NCBI RefSeq assembly: GCF_036971445.1
Contig: NW_027212176.1
Span: forward strand, 1-60,292
From: Narcine bancroftii
Taxonomy: Eukaryota
Reading direction: 5' to 3'
Length of the DNA: 60,292 bases
Below, piece after piece: positions 1-10,874 of this stretch. The translations under genes and the position numbers were made by a program. The notes beneath the pieces are model-generated. The model made no database searches, had not been told where the DNA came from, and saw nothing but the letters and a program-made list of their open reading frames with translations. Position 1 is the stretch's first letter; each line of letters starts with the position of its first letter.

Positions 1-249
1 TGACATGGGAGTGGGCACGGAATTGAAGAGGTTGGCCACTGTCACCGAAGCAGGCAGAGCAAGGGTGCTCAATGAAGAGATTCTCCTGTTTTGAGACAAA
101 GGAGAATCTTCATGAAATTCCAGGCATGTTGAGAAGAATCCATCCTCTCATGGGTCAGTCTGGTTCTCCATGTGTGGGGCAACAGGAGGTGGGGCAGCTC
201 TTCACCAATTACCATGGAAAATGACATGGAAGCTAGTCCAGGGAAAAGA

Positions 250-530
250 ACAAATGAATCGTTTATTATCACATGCACTGAGATACAGTGAATATCTTGC
301 TATCCCGGCATGTCACTCTTACTTAAATAAAGCGATAATAAAACAAACATTTTATTGTGAGTCATGAGGGCAGGGTACAGAGAAAAGAACAGATGCATCA
401 GCTTTTTATCAATAAAGGGTCCATTTAAGAATCTAACAGCAGGGAAGAATCTGTCCTTGTATTGGGAGGTTGGTGTTTTCAAGATCGCGCATCTTCGGCC
501 TGGCAGATGGGGGGAGAAGAGGGTGTGACC
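250..530 (-). mobile_element. Rex1/Babar-type LINE 3' fragment, degenerate
   Basis: Minus-strand translation LPGRRCAILKTPTSQYKDRFFPAVRFLN resembles the Rex1 ORF C-terminus (LPSGRRYRS...RFRNSFFP.AIRLLN), followed by a 3' tail. Confidence 0.5.
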
Positions 531-824
531 CAATATGCCCTCTAATTTTTAGTAGTAAGTGTGGCCAAATCTTATGTTATGCTAATTTTTTTCCTGTGAC
601 AGAGTATGTGCTTGTGTAAATGTAACCTTGAAATTTTTTTCAAGATAATTTTGGCCTAGGCTATCTCTCATGTCGAATAAAACTCTATTGGCATGTTTTA
701 ACTAGTTAACAGAAACAGTTAGCTAAGAGATTATTTTCAATAAGTATAATTTATTAATTACTGCACTATTTTAGGTAACTAACCTTTTGTGCATAAATTC
801 ATTTACTGGTTGCAAAACAAGGGC

Positions 825-825
<1 letters not shown>

Positions 826-904
<79 letters not shown>
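826..904. repeat. (CA)n microsatellite
   Basis: About 39 CA units with one interruption. Confidence 0.97.
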
Positions 905-907
<3 letters not shown>

Positions 908-1412
908 CGCAGTTTCGAAGGAACAGTGCTGATCGGAGAGATTGATGGTGTATCTTGTTCCCTGAACGTGCCCACACTGGCAGACAGGTGCTGACTACAA
1001 AAGTTGGAATGTCACGTCAGCGAGACCACACTTGGAGCGTAGTGGGCTGGTCTGGTAACCACCTTCGAGAATTAGGCTGAAAAACAAGGGGAGGGTGCAC
1101 CATTTCTCTCTGGAGTGAGGGGGAGTGCTGTGAACATTTGTAAAGTTGAAGGGGCAATGGATACAGTGGAGAGTCACAGGCTTTTTTTACACACACACAC
1201 ACACACAGCTCCCTCCCCTCCGTCCCGCTCAACCCCCCCCCCCCCCCCTCTCAGTAGTCTATAGTTCCCAAGACTCTCCCTATTTCCTTTTTTTAAACAA
1301 GGGGACCACATTTGCCATCCTCCAACATCTTCTACAGCCAAGGAGGGAGCAAAGGTCATTGTCAAGGCCCCAGCTATCCGTTTCATCCCTTCCCTCAGCA
1401 TCCTGGGGTATG

Positions 1413-1757
1413 CAGATGATCCCTGATTTACGATGGTCTGATTTTTTTTTCTTTCACAGTTACGATGGTTTGAATCCACTTTCAATTTCGAGTTCCAATG
1501 TGTCCCAGCTTGCGATATGCGGCACGCTACTCTCCGCCCAAGTCTGGGTGATGGTAGCGTCATTTTACCAGTAGTGTACAGCAGAATCTCCCGCGATGCT
1601 GTACTCAACTACACTCACAGTCTCTGTATTAACTTGTTGTGTTCAACATTTAATTCTAAAAAATGGTAGGTGCAATCTTTTTTGAGTTACGATTTTTTTT
1701 GGACTTGTGATGGGAGTGCTAGAAAGTAACCCCATCAACAAGTTGGGGACTCTCTGT
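1413..1757. mobile_element. Tigger/pogo-like MITE, degenerate
   Basis: Ends CAGATGATCCCTGATTTACGA and AGTTGGGGACTCTCTG form imperfect inverted repeats; internal repeated TTACGAT motifs. Confidence 0.35.
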
Positions 1758-1901
1758 CTCATCTGGCCCCAGGGACTTGTCAATCTTAATGTTTTTAAGA
1801 AGATCCAGCACCTCCTCTTTCCTAATCTCTCCCATGTGGTCTGAGCTGGAAGACTAGCTTGCAGGACTTTTATTGAATTTAGACCACCAGGTCCTTCTGA
1901 C

Positions 1902-2714
1902 TGTTACGAGTCCAGAGGACCCCAAAACCCAGCAGCAATAGATATGCACCACGACAGAGGGTTACTTAAACTAAAGTTGCTTTCAATGATCTTTTAACAT
2001 GAAAAAAGAATCAAACTTTACCTTATCTCTATTGATCTACTTAACCCCCTCTAATTCTAAGCGCACGTGTGTGTAAGTTCAGCAAAGTTCTTTGGTTCAA
2101 CAGTCCAATCTCACTGGTTGCAGGCAATTCTTGTACTGTGCACAGAAGTTAACATTACTAAAGTTCACCAGGCTTTGGTGCTTAACAGGGAAATGGTTAC
2201 CACTCAGGAGGGTTCTGGTGGTTTTCAGAGAGAGAGTTTTCTAGTTCCAGGACATCCACATCTGATTCCTACTTAATCATCCACTCTAGTGTCTTGCTGA
2301 CAAAACTTTCCCCGCTCTGATTCTCCAGATGATAACCTCTTTCTTTCAGGTCATCACAGAGTTCCTTTTTGTTTCCCCTTTTGCAAGGGAAACACCAGAC
2401 AGCCAGTCCTCTCCTTTGACCAGGTCGGCTTCCAAAGCTTCCGAAGCCTGTGTGTCTTCTCTCTCTAACTCCCTCCCACTCTGAGAGCAAAGCTGTTCTG
2501 CCTCTGCCTGCAAAGATCACCTGCTCTTCCAGACAGCAAACTGTTTTCCAGACAAAACGACTGGTGCATGTGCCACTTCGTGCCTTTTGCAAATAGCAGT
2601 CAGTGAGGCCTCTGTAAAACTACTGCAAAAATTCTGTGTTTTAAAGAGTGTGTGAAGTGCTCTAACAAACCTTTCCCAGTTTATCTCCCAAACATCTCTA
2701 TATACTCTGTCACA
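1902..2714 (-). mobile_element. Solo LTR (Gypsy-like)
   Basis: TGTTAC...GTCACA termini; homologous in opposite orientation to 32915-33934 (shared CTATTGCTGCTGGGTTTTGGG.TCCTCTGG..GTAACA end); TSD not clean. Confidence 0.65.
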
Positions 2715-3101
2715 CAACCCACAGGCCCAAGTTGCCCATATGCATCCATGCGACCAATTAACCTCCCAACCCGTATGTATTTGGAATATGGGAGCACCTG
2801 GAGGAAACCCACATGGTCATGGGGACAAACTCCCTATAGGCAGTGGCAGATTTGAACCTGGGTCACTGGCGTTGCGCTAATGGCTACAATAACCATGGTG
2901 TCACACTTGTCCATGTGGACAGGGGTGACCATCTGCCCTTCTCACACTTCCTCAGCACCTCTTCACATGAAAACTCAGTCATATTTGTAAACAACGAGAG
3001 GGGATCTCGGTGACGGAAGGTGGATCTTGCTGACAGAGGGGGTTCTCAGTGACGCAGGGGGTTATTGGTGACCAGGGTCCCTGACTCTGCTCCACTTTCA
3101 G

Positions 3102-3366
3102 CCTCCACTCGCTCCATTATATCCACATGGCGGTGACGGCGATGGTGTCAGAGGTTCCCGAGTTTGTGGTGATTGGGTACGTGGACGAGGTGCCAATCGT
3201 TCACCACGACAGTGATGCGGGACGAGCGGTGCCGTGACAGCGGTGGATGGAGAAGAGTCAGTGGCCCGAGTACTGGGAGAAGGAGACAAACTTGTAGCTG
3301 GAATACATTGCAGATACGCAAGAATCACATCAGGACCCTGCAGGAACAGACTAACATAGACAGAGG
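3102..3366 (+). pseudogene. MHC-I-like alpha1 exon, disrupted
   Basis: LHSLHYIHMAVTAMVSEVPEFVVIGYVDEVPIVHHDSDAGRAVP*QRWMEKSQWPEYWEKETNL*; TGA 3235-3237, TAG 3295-3297, then a frameshift to LQIRKNHIRTLQEQTNIDR; donor GTGAGT at 3367. Confidence 0.92.
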
Positions 3367-3407
3367 GTGAGTGCAGGGTCACCAGCCAGGAGTGAGGCGA
3401 GGAGATG

Positions 3408-4231
3408 TCCGCACTGGGACCAGATTGGGGGAAGAGTACATCCCATATTAGGAGCAGGTTTTTTTGGGGGGGGGGGGGGAGGGGGGTTGGGGAGAGCACA
3501 TCCTGCACAGGTACCAGGTTTGGGGGGAGGCGGGGGTGGGGCTTGGGGAGAAAACATCCCGCACTGGGACTAGGTGGGAGGAGGGGTAATTACCTGCACT
3601 GGGACCAGGTGGGCGGGGTAAAGGCTGTACACCCCGCACTGGGATTAGTTGGGGGGGGAAAGAAATATCCTGCACTGGGACCAGGTTGGGGGGGAGGGGC
3701 ATACCCCGCGCATTGGGGACTAGGTGCAGGGGGGGAAAGTCCTGCACTGGGACCAGATTGGGGGGGGAGGGCGTACACCCCGCACTGGGATTAGGTGGGG
3801 CAGGGGGAATGTCCTGCACTGGGGACCAGGTGGGCAGAGGGAGGGCGTACACCCACACTGGGATTAGGTTGGGGGGGGAAAGTCTTGCACTGGGACCAGG
3901 TTGGTGGGGAGGGCGTACACCCCACACTGGGATTAGGTTGGGGGGGGGGAAGTCTTGCACTGGGACCAGGTTGGTGGGGAGGGCGTACACCCCACACTGG
4001 GACTAGGTGGGGGGGGGGGGAAATTACCTGCACTGGGACCAGGTGGCGCGGGGAAAGGTGTACACCCCGCACTGGGACTAAGTGGGGGGGGGGGAAATTC
4101 CTGTACTTGGACCAGGTTGGGGGGGGAGGGCGTACACCCACACACTGGAATTAGGTGGGGGTGGGGGAAGTCCTGCACTGGGACCAGGTTGGGGGGGTGG
4201 GGGGGGAGGAAAGATTCACCCTGCACTGGGA
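3408..4231. repeat. G-rich intronic minisatellite, about 33-35 bp alternating units
   Basis: Alternating CCTGCACTGGGACCAGGTTG(n) and TACACCCC.CACTGGGA(T/C)TAGGTG(n) units, more than 20 in total. Confidence 0.93.
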
Positions 4232-4308
4232 GCATGTGGGAGGGATCAGATCCTCTCATTCCCCCGCTCCACCCCACTGACGGGCCATGCCTCCCCCGCA
4301 TGATCGAG

Positions 4309-4584
4309 GGGTCCACACATACCTGAGGCTGACCGGCTATGAGCTGCAGGATGACGGCTCCACCACCAGCTTTGCAAAGTACGGCTGGAACGGGAGGAGG
4401 ACTTCATCATATTCAACAAGGAAAGCCTGGTGTGGGAGACGTCTGTTGCCCTGGACCAGGAAACCAAACACAGTGGCATTAATTGAAAAAATGGAGCACG
4501 CTGAGTGGAAAAACTACCTGGAGGTGGAATGTATCAAGTGGCTGAAGAAATACGGCCAGATTGGAGAGCGTTAGCTGAAGCCCA
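4309..4584 (+). pseudogene. MHC-I-like alpha2 exon, disrupted
   Basis: GVHTYLRLTGYELQDDGSTTSFAKYGWNG / EDFIIFNKESLVWET..ETKH / EWKNYLEVECIKWLKKYGQIGER*LKP; first conserved Cys is Tyr; two frameshifts; TAG 4572-4574; acceptor AG 4307-4308, donor GTGAGT 4585. Confidence 0.92.
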
Positions 4585-4754
4585 GTGAGTGAGGAGGGGG
4601 GGGGGTCGGGGGAGGGTCAGTGGAGCCTCCGTTGGGGGGGTTTCTCACCTGTGGGGTTTGTATCACTAGTGGAGTGAGGTCTTGGGTGGGGGGGTTTGTT
4701 ATAAGTAGTATGTTTGCTACGTCTTTCCTTCAATTCTCTTATCCCTTACACGCC

Positions 4755-5600
4755 CCTGTCTCACTTCTCCCCTCTTTTGCCTCCCTCTCCCTCACCTTAC
4801 AACTCTCTCTCCCTTCTTACCCCAGCCCCTCCACTCTCTCTCCCTCCCCTCCCTCTCCACTCTCTCCCCTCCACTCTCTCTCCCTCCCCTCCCCTCTCTC
4901 TCCCTCCTCTCCACTCTCTCCTCTCCACTCTCTCCCCTTCCCCTCCTCTCTCCCTTCCCCTCCACTCTCTCCCCTTTCCCTGCACTCTCTCCCCTTTCCC
5001 TGCACTCTCTCCCCTTTCCCTGCACTCTCTCCCCCTTCCCTCCACTCTCTCTCCCCTCCCCTCCACTCTCTCTGCCCTCCACTCTCTCCCCTCTCCTTTC
5101 CCCCTCCACTCCACCCCCTCATACTCCCCTTCCCTCCACTCTCTCCCCCTCCACCCCCTTCCCCTCCCCTCCTCTCTCTCCCCTCCCCTCCACCCCCTCT
5201 CCCTTTCCCCCTCCCCTCCTCCCCCTCTCTCTTCCCCTGTACCCCTCTCCCTTCCCCCCAAACCCTCACCCTCCCCTTGCCCACCACCTCTCACTTTCCC
5301 TGCCACCTTCCCCCTCCCCTCACCCTTCTCCCTACCCCCTCCCCTCCAACCTCTCACCCTCCCCTTCCCCTCCACCTCTCTCATTTTCCCTCCCCTCTCA
5401 CCCCTCTCCCTTCCCCTCACCCCTCTCCCTTCCCCTCACCCCACTGCCTTCCCCTCACCCCTCACCTTTCCCCTCACCCCTCTCACTCCCACTCCCCTCC
5501 ACCCCCTCCCCCTCCTTCCCTCTCGTGCCCCCCACACCACCCCCCACCACCATCATGCCCGCCCTCACCCTCTCACGCTTGCCAACAGTTTCCCACACCT
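4755..5600. repeat. Polypyrimidine low-complexity tract (CCACTCTCTCCCCTTCCC-like units)
   Basis: About 850 bp almost devoid of G on the + strand. Confidence 0.95.
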
Positions 5601-5775
5601 TGATTCAATGTCTTTGCTATATAACGGACACAGTTTGACCTTGTATTTTAACTTCAACCACAGTGTCTGCAGACTTTCATGTTTTACTTCTGATCCTCTT
5701 CCGTTCCTCTTTTCTTTCACCCCCTTCACCTCCCCCTTCTCTCACTCCTTCAGCCTCCCCACCCACCATAAATAT

Positions 5776-6807
5776 CACTGGACAACCATTTTTTTTCAGA
5801 AGGTTTGCTTCCTTATTTTTAAAAAAAATTGGAGATTATGATCGACATCTTCAAGCCGAACACAGAGATAATTTCAGATTTGCTGTATCACGTAGAAAGT
5901 TGAAAGAACATTCAATGAACTTTGATTGAATTTAGCATGTTTAAACACATAACGATGGTGACACATGGCGTCAGTTCAACTGACCCAAAAAGGTTTTCAG
6001 CATCTAGTCTCGGTGTCCAACAACAGTCATCTGGCGTTGATGGATTCCAGTTGCCCTGATACCGCTTTTCCCGGTGAAAACTTTCACCGTGCCCATCACT
6101 GACTGCACCAAGGGCAGCAAGTACGAATGCAGAAAATGAATTTTCAATGACATATTCCATTTCATGGTTTTGTCTGCTTGAAGCATGTCGACAATCAGCT
6201 GGATGTAGTTTGGGGCTCTGTAGTTGCCAAGAAAATTCTCAACAACCTCTTGAAATGCCTTCCACTGGTGCCCAGGCCTAAAACAACATTTGTACAGCAC
6301 CTGCAATGAGTGCATGCCCAGACATGCCCAGACTGACCAAAACAGCTTGCTGTCTGGGCAATGTACTAGTATATTCTGTGGCAGGAGCTACTAGGGGACA
6401 TGAAATGAGGTGACTGCACACTGTAAGTTGCTTGCACTTCCAACGGTTTACTTAAACAGCCCGCGGTTTAAGGCAGCCTGTAAGTCCTGCCCCCGTGTAG
6501 GCGGTGACATCACAGCGCAGCCGAGTGCACATGTGTGGCCTGCTTGATCGTGGAAGAAGCAGCACCCAGTGGCACCATCTTGATATGGCTGCTCTGCGGC
6601 CGTAACAATGCAGAACCAGTTCGCCTGCATTCAGATGTACACCGCCACAATACCTAAAATATGATGGGAATTTACAAATATAGATTATATCTATAAAAAA
6701 AATAGTTCATGATAGGAAATATTTAAGGTGATTTCCATGATCAGTAGCCAAAAATCAATAAAATACACCCAAAAGTGTTCAGGAACCAAAATCTTTGTTG
6801 TCCAATG
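5776..6807 (-). mobile_element. Internally deleted DNA transposon, Chapaev3-like
   Basis: TIRs CACTGGACAAC / GTTGTCCAATG; minus-strand transposase remnants VVENFLGNYRAPNY...NMSLKIHFLHS and LGAVSDGHGESFH..EKRYQGNWNPS; family name from recall of this motif. Confidence 0.75.
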
Positions 6808-6965
6808 TAATCGTCCTCTGTGCCTCCACCAATAATTCCCCTCCCTCCCTCCTCTCTGCACTCCCCCTCACCTCTGCCCCCACTCATCCCCTTCATTAAC
6901 CTCCCTCCCTGTACCCCTCTGCCTTCCCAGCCCCTCAATGTCCCCCCTCTGCCTCCTCCCCTCAG

Positions 6966-7221
6966 ATCCCCAATTTCTCCTTCACTTCCTCCCCCAACGG
7001 ATGCCACATCTCCTGAAGAGCCAATGGTTTCTATCCCCAGGCCATTGAGGTGATGCAGGACGACCGTGTCCTGGGAGAGACCCAGTCCCATGGGATCCTT
7101 CCCAACCATGACAGCACCTACCAGCTGACCAAGAGAGTGGAAGTGGAACCCTCTCACCCTGCCCAGTTCACCTTTCAGGTCGAGCACCAAGGTCTGGATG
7201 AGCCCCTCATTCTGCTCCTGG
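6966..7221 (+). pseudogene. MHC-I-like alpha3 (Ig C1) exon, disrupted
   Basis: HIS*RANGFYPQAIEV...GILPNHDSTYQLTKRVEVEPSHPAQFTFQVEHQGLDEPL; first Cys codon is TGA (7014-7016), second Cys is Phe; donor GTAAGG 7222; 5' boundary approximate. Confidence 0.9.
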
Positions 7222-7269
7222 GTAAGGCACTCGATGATGGCAATGTGGGGAGGTGGGGTTGGTCAGATC

Positions 7270-7720
7270 AGGCGAGGAGGGAGGGAGGTGACAGACCAAG
7301 AGTGGGGTTGATAGAGGGAGGGAGGGAGTGGACAGACCAGGAGAAGGGGGAGAGAGGGCTCAGACCAGGAATGGGGGAGGAGGGAGGGAGGAGAGAGACG
7401 AGAGAAGGGGTGTGGGAAAGACAGGGAGGGAGGGAGGAGGGACCAGGAGAGGAGGAAGGATAGACTAGGAGAATGGGGAGGGAGGGGACAGACCAGGAGA
7501 TTTGGGAGGGAGAGGGGATTGATCAGACCAGGAGAGTTGGAGGGGTCTGACCAGGAGAGGGGGGAGGGAGTGGTCAGACCAGAAGAAGGTGGAGTGAGGG
7601 AAGAAACCAATAGAGGGGGGAAGGAGGGAGGAGAGAGACCAAGAGAGGAGAGGAGGGGAGAGATGGGGACAGACAGGAGGGGAGGGAGGGTGGGGTCAGT
7701 ATACTGGGGAAGGAGGGAAG
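7270..7720. repeat. Purine-rich intronic minisatellite (CAGACCAGGAGAG-containing units)
   Basis: Repeated GGGACAGACCAGGAGAG motifs; mirror copy at about 59280-59820. Confidence 0.85.
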
Positions 7721-7870
7721 GTCAGGTCCATATCCTGGTAAGGGAGGGCCTGAGTTTCAGGAGGGGGGAACGAGGGGTACTTAGTGTTTGCCATGTCGGG
7801 CGGTGGGTGGAATAACCAGGAGTTCTGCGAACTCTGTCCAGCATCTGACTATTCCTCTAAATTCTGACAG

Positions 7871-8004
7871 ATCAGACATCCAGACATAGAGATGTGGTCA
7901 TTGTTATTCTCTTCCTGGTCTTGCTGTTCATGGCCATTGGAATATGTTACCGCGCATTTGCAGGTGGTTGCAATTATTGGAGGAAGAAGGAAGAGGAGAG
8001 ATAG
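7871..8004 (+). pseudogene. MHC-I-like transmembrane + short cytoplasmic exon
   Basis: Acceptor CTGACAG; DQTSRHRDVVIVILFLVLLFMAIGICYRAFAGGCNYWRKKEEER*; same 134-nt length and stop in the paralog. Confidence 0.75.
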
Positions 8005-8224
8005 GACTGGAGGGGAATTATCACATTTGCCCTCCCCCCCCGGCCCGGAGCAACACATTGGCTGTGACTGGTCCCCATCCCAACTCCCCCTGGACACAGC
8101 CACCTCCTCTGGACTGGATGCAGGAATTCCAGTCCTAGTCTTCAATGGTGCAGATGTCTCTCCCATGGTGGTGGGGGTGGGGTGGGGTGCAGGGCTGGGG
8201 GAGGTGGGGGTGGTCGGTAATGGG

Positions 8225-8525
8225 GTTCCCCCGAATTTTATTCCCAGTCCAGGGTGGTGGGAGTGGGGGTCTGTAGGTTTTATTCCCAGCCCAGGGGGCA
8301 GTGGGCACTGTGGATTGAAATCCTTGTTGGGGGAGGGGTCTGAGGGTTTTATTCCGGTGGGGGTGGGTGGTCTGAGCATTTTAATCCATGTTGAGGGGGT
8401 CTTTGGGTTTTAATCCGTGTGGTGGTGATGTCCATGGGTTTTATTCTGTGTGGGGGAGGGAAGGGTCTGAGCGTTTTATTCTGTGTGGGTGAGGGGAAAG
8501 GTCTGTGGGTTTTTCTCCGGTGAGG
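8225..8525. repeat. Minisatellite with GGGTTTTATTC core (about 30-35 bp units)
   Basis: Recurrent GGTCTG.GGGTTTTATTC; mirror at about 58410-58740. Confidence 0.8.
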
Positions 8526-9097
8526 GTGGGGTAACCGCTGGTATTTAAGTGGGTTTGAATTGCTCACTAACCACTCCCCCATTCTCTCCCCCCCTCCCCC
8601 CAACCCCACCCAGACAGACCCTCTGAATTGCTCAACCACAAATGCTGGAGCTAAGATGAACAGCAAGGTTATGATGTCAGGTTGAGGGGTGATCTGGAGC
8701 AGGGCTGGCCAAACCGCTGCCCTTTGATATGTAATGTGCGGCTGGAGGAGATCCCAGCGCTCCCAAAGCTGCCCCAGGAAACTCCAAATCCCTGCAGCGA
8801 ACTGGGATTCCCTGCTAGTGCGTTGGGCTGATGGCTGGATCTGTCCACATATAACCCCAATTTCCCGTCTAAACCCAGAACCCTTCCGAAGACCACTGTG
8901 AGACCCTACTCTTAGTTGTAAGCTAATAAAAGGGTTCTCCCTCCAGTCGTGAGAGGTTTTATTCACGCTACACAGCCAGGCCAGAGGGTCCCAGGAGCCT
9001 GCTTCCACATTCAGTGAGATGACAGCTGATGTGGCCATGAACCCAGAGCCACCTTCCCCCACTATGCAAAAATCTGTTTCACTGTATCTTAAATGTA

Positions 9098-9600
9098 CAG
9101 TGTCTTCCATAATGTTTGGGGCAAGGACACTTTTTTTTCCCATACTCCAACCACAGTTTTAAATTTGTAATCACACAATTCACCTATGATTAAAGTGCAC
9201 GTTCCAGATTTTGGTTGGACCATGTCAAAATTACAACACGTTTTATACACATTCCCCTCAGTCCAAGGGAACATAACAATAGTATGTATATGAAAGCAGT
9301 CATGTTTCGTACGATGTTGCATATTCCTGCCTGCAAAGAATGACTTGTTGAAGTATGTGATTCGTAGAGATCACCAGATCCTGAGTCTCTTTTCTGATGG
9401 TGCTCTGCCAGGCCTCTACTGCAGCCGTCCTCAGCTCCTGCTTGTTTCGGGGACTTGTCCCTTTAAGTTTTCTCTTCAGCGCATGGAAGCCATGCTGCTT
9501 TGGATTTAGATCGGGTGACTGACTTGGTCAATAGAGAACTTTCCAGTTTTTAGCTTTGAAAAATCTCCTTTGTTGCTTTAGCAGTCTGTATGGGATCGTT
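9098..9600 (-). mobile_element. Tc1 transposon 3' end fragment
   Basis: TA|CAGTGTCTTCCATAATGTTTGGG TIR; minus-strand *PSQSPDLNP...LKRKLKGTSPRNKQELRTAAVEAWQS (WPSQSPDLNPIE motif). Confidence 0.8.
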
Positions 9601-9612
9601 GAACTTAGTCAG

Positions 9613-9980
9613 TGTTAGGTCTGCTTTGTTCATGAATGAGTGAGACAAACACCAGACTGAGTCGAAATCAGGGTTCTTTGTTCTTTATTACCGGATTGTA
9701 ACACTTGCGACTAACCATGTTAGTCGGAGAATGCATTCTGCCGTTATCAGCAAAATGGTGATTTTTTATACCCTTGGATACATGCTTAGAACATCATCAT
9801 ATCATTACTTGTCCAATGACTAAAACTGTTGCTATCCTTTCCCTGCTAGCTTCCTGCCTCTCAATCCATCAATGTCTCTCTTATCTTGTAAGTACAAGGA
9901 TGCATTTACATCTTGTTACAGCCCTGTACAGGGCAGGGTAACTCCTTACACATTCCCATCTCATGATGTTTTACCTTACA
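9613..9980 (-). mobile_element. Solo LTR, 368 bp
   Basis: TG...CA ends, TSD TCAG (9609-9612, 9981-9984), minus-strand TATAAAA and AATAAA; empty site present in the paralogous arm near 57015. Confidence 0.88.
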
Positions 9981-10078
9981 TCAGTCTAAACTGCACTTCT
10001 CCCATATTCGCCAAGAGGAACAGCTCCGGGTCATGGGAAAACCCACTCTTCTAATTTTTCTTAGAATATCCCCTAAGT

Positions 10079-10450
10079 TGGTGGTTCTTAAAGTTTTTCT
10101 TTCCACTCACATCCCACTGTAAGCAATCCCTTACTAATCACAGAGTACTGACGGCATAGGGATTACTTACAGTGGGATGTGTGTGGAAAGAAAAAGGTTG
10201 AGAATCATTGTTTTAATCGTCCCTCATTGACTCATTATGTGCAGGGTTTCAGAACTCCAATGGAAATGGGCCAATTACAATTTTTCTCAAGCAAAATATT
10301 TCAGTAACAATTGGGTCTAGAGCAGTGATTCCCAACCTTCCCACTCACATCCCACCTTAAGCAATCCCTTACTAATCACAGAGCACCCATGGCCTAGGGA
10401 TTACTTAAAGTGGGATGTGAGTGGGAAGGGAAGGTTGAGAATCACTGGAC
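10079..10450. mobile_element. Two adjacent palindromic hAT-like MITEs (about 130 bp each)
   Basis: CAGTGATTCCCAACC...GGTTGAGAATCACTG near-perfect hairpins; mirror copies at about 56555-56915. Confidence 0.7.
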
Positions 10451-10559
10451 TCCGTGAGATGCTGTGATTGCAGTGAAAACACTGGAGGAGCCCAGCAGGT
10501 CTAGCAGCGTCCATAGGAGTTAAAGATGGTATTTGGAAATGAGATCTTGTGTTCCATTG

Positions 10560-10872
10560 GAAAAGGTAACATATAATCTTTGTAATAACTATTCTTTTTT
10601 TGTTAAACTTGGAGCCCGTATTTGGAATATATGGGGTTCGATTATTAATCTTCCCACTCATCTATGGTGTAGCTCCAAACCATGGCAAACAACTGATTGA
10701 GAGTTTTATATTATGTGATCACCTCTTCTTTTCTTCTTTGGGGTAGTTTAGAGGGGGGGGGGGTTATGTGGTATTATTTACAGCAACATCATGTATGTAT
10801 TTTATTTTTCCTTCAGTCGTATTTTTAATTCTATGTCTTACCATGATTAATAAATAAAATTATCAAAAAAAA
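10560..10872 (+). mobile_element. L1-like LINE 3' end
   Basis: ORF2-end-like sequence, T-rich UTR, AATAAA and an A-rich tail. Confidence 0.5.
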
Positions 10873-10874
10873 GA

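Larger units (their letters stand above)
3102..8004 (+). pseudogene. MHC class I-like heavy chain pseudogene (alpha1, alpha2, alpha3, TM/cytoplasmic exons); leader exon not found
   Basis: Four exons in canonical class I order with GT/AG-type boundaries; multiple stops, frameshifts and lost cysteines (see exon entries). Confidence 0.92.

Noticed and set aside
900-3100. MHC leader exon and SXY promoter
   Set aside because: No convincing signal-peptide exon found; a CRE-like TCACGTCA near 1012 is insufficient evidence
3351-4326. Many overlapping Gly/Pro/Trp-rich ORFs
   Set aside because: Translations of the intronic minisatellite
4620-5841. 327-aa and 375-aa Pro/Ser/Leu ORFs and antisense Glu/Arg/Gly ORFs
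   Set aside because: Low-complexity pyrimidine tract that lacks stop codons by composition
3102-8004. Functional MHC class I gene
   Set aside because: At least four in-frame stops, several frameshifts and loss of three structural cysteines
8349-9143. 264-aa ORF with a similar ORF at 57784-58300
   Set aside because: Similarity is explained by the segmental duplication; it starts in a Tc1 TIR, is frameshifted in the paralog and has no recognisable domain
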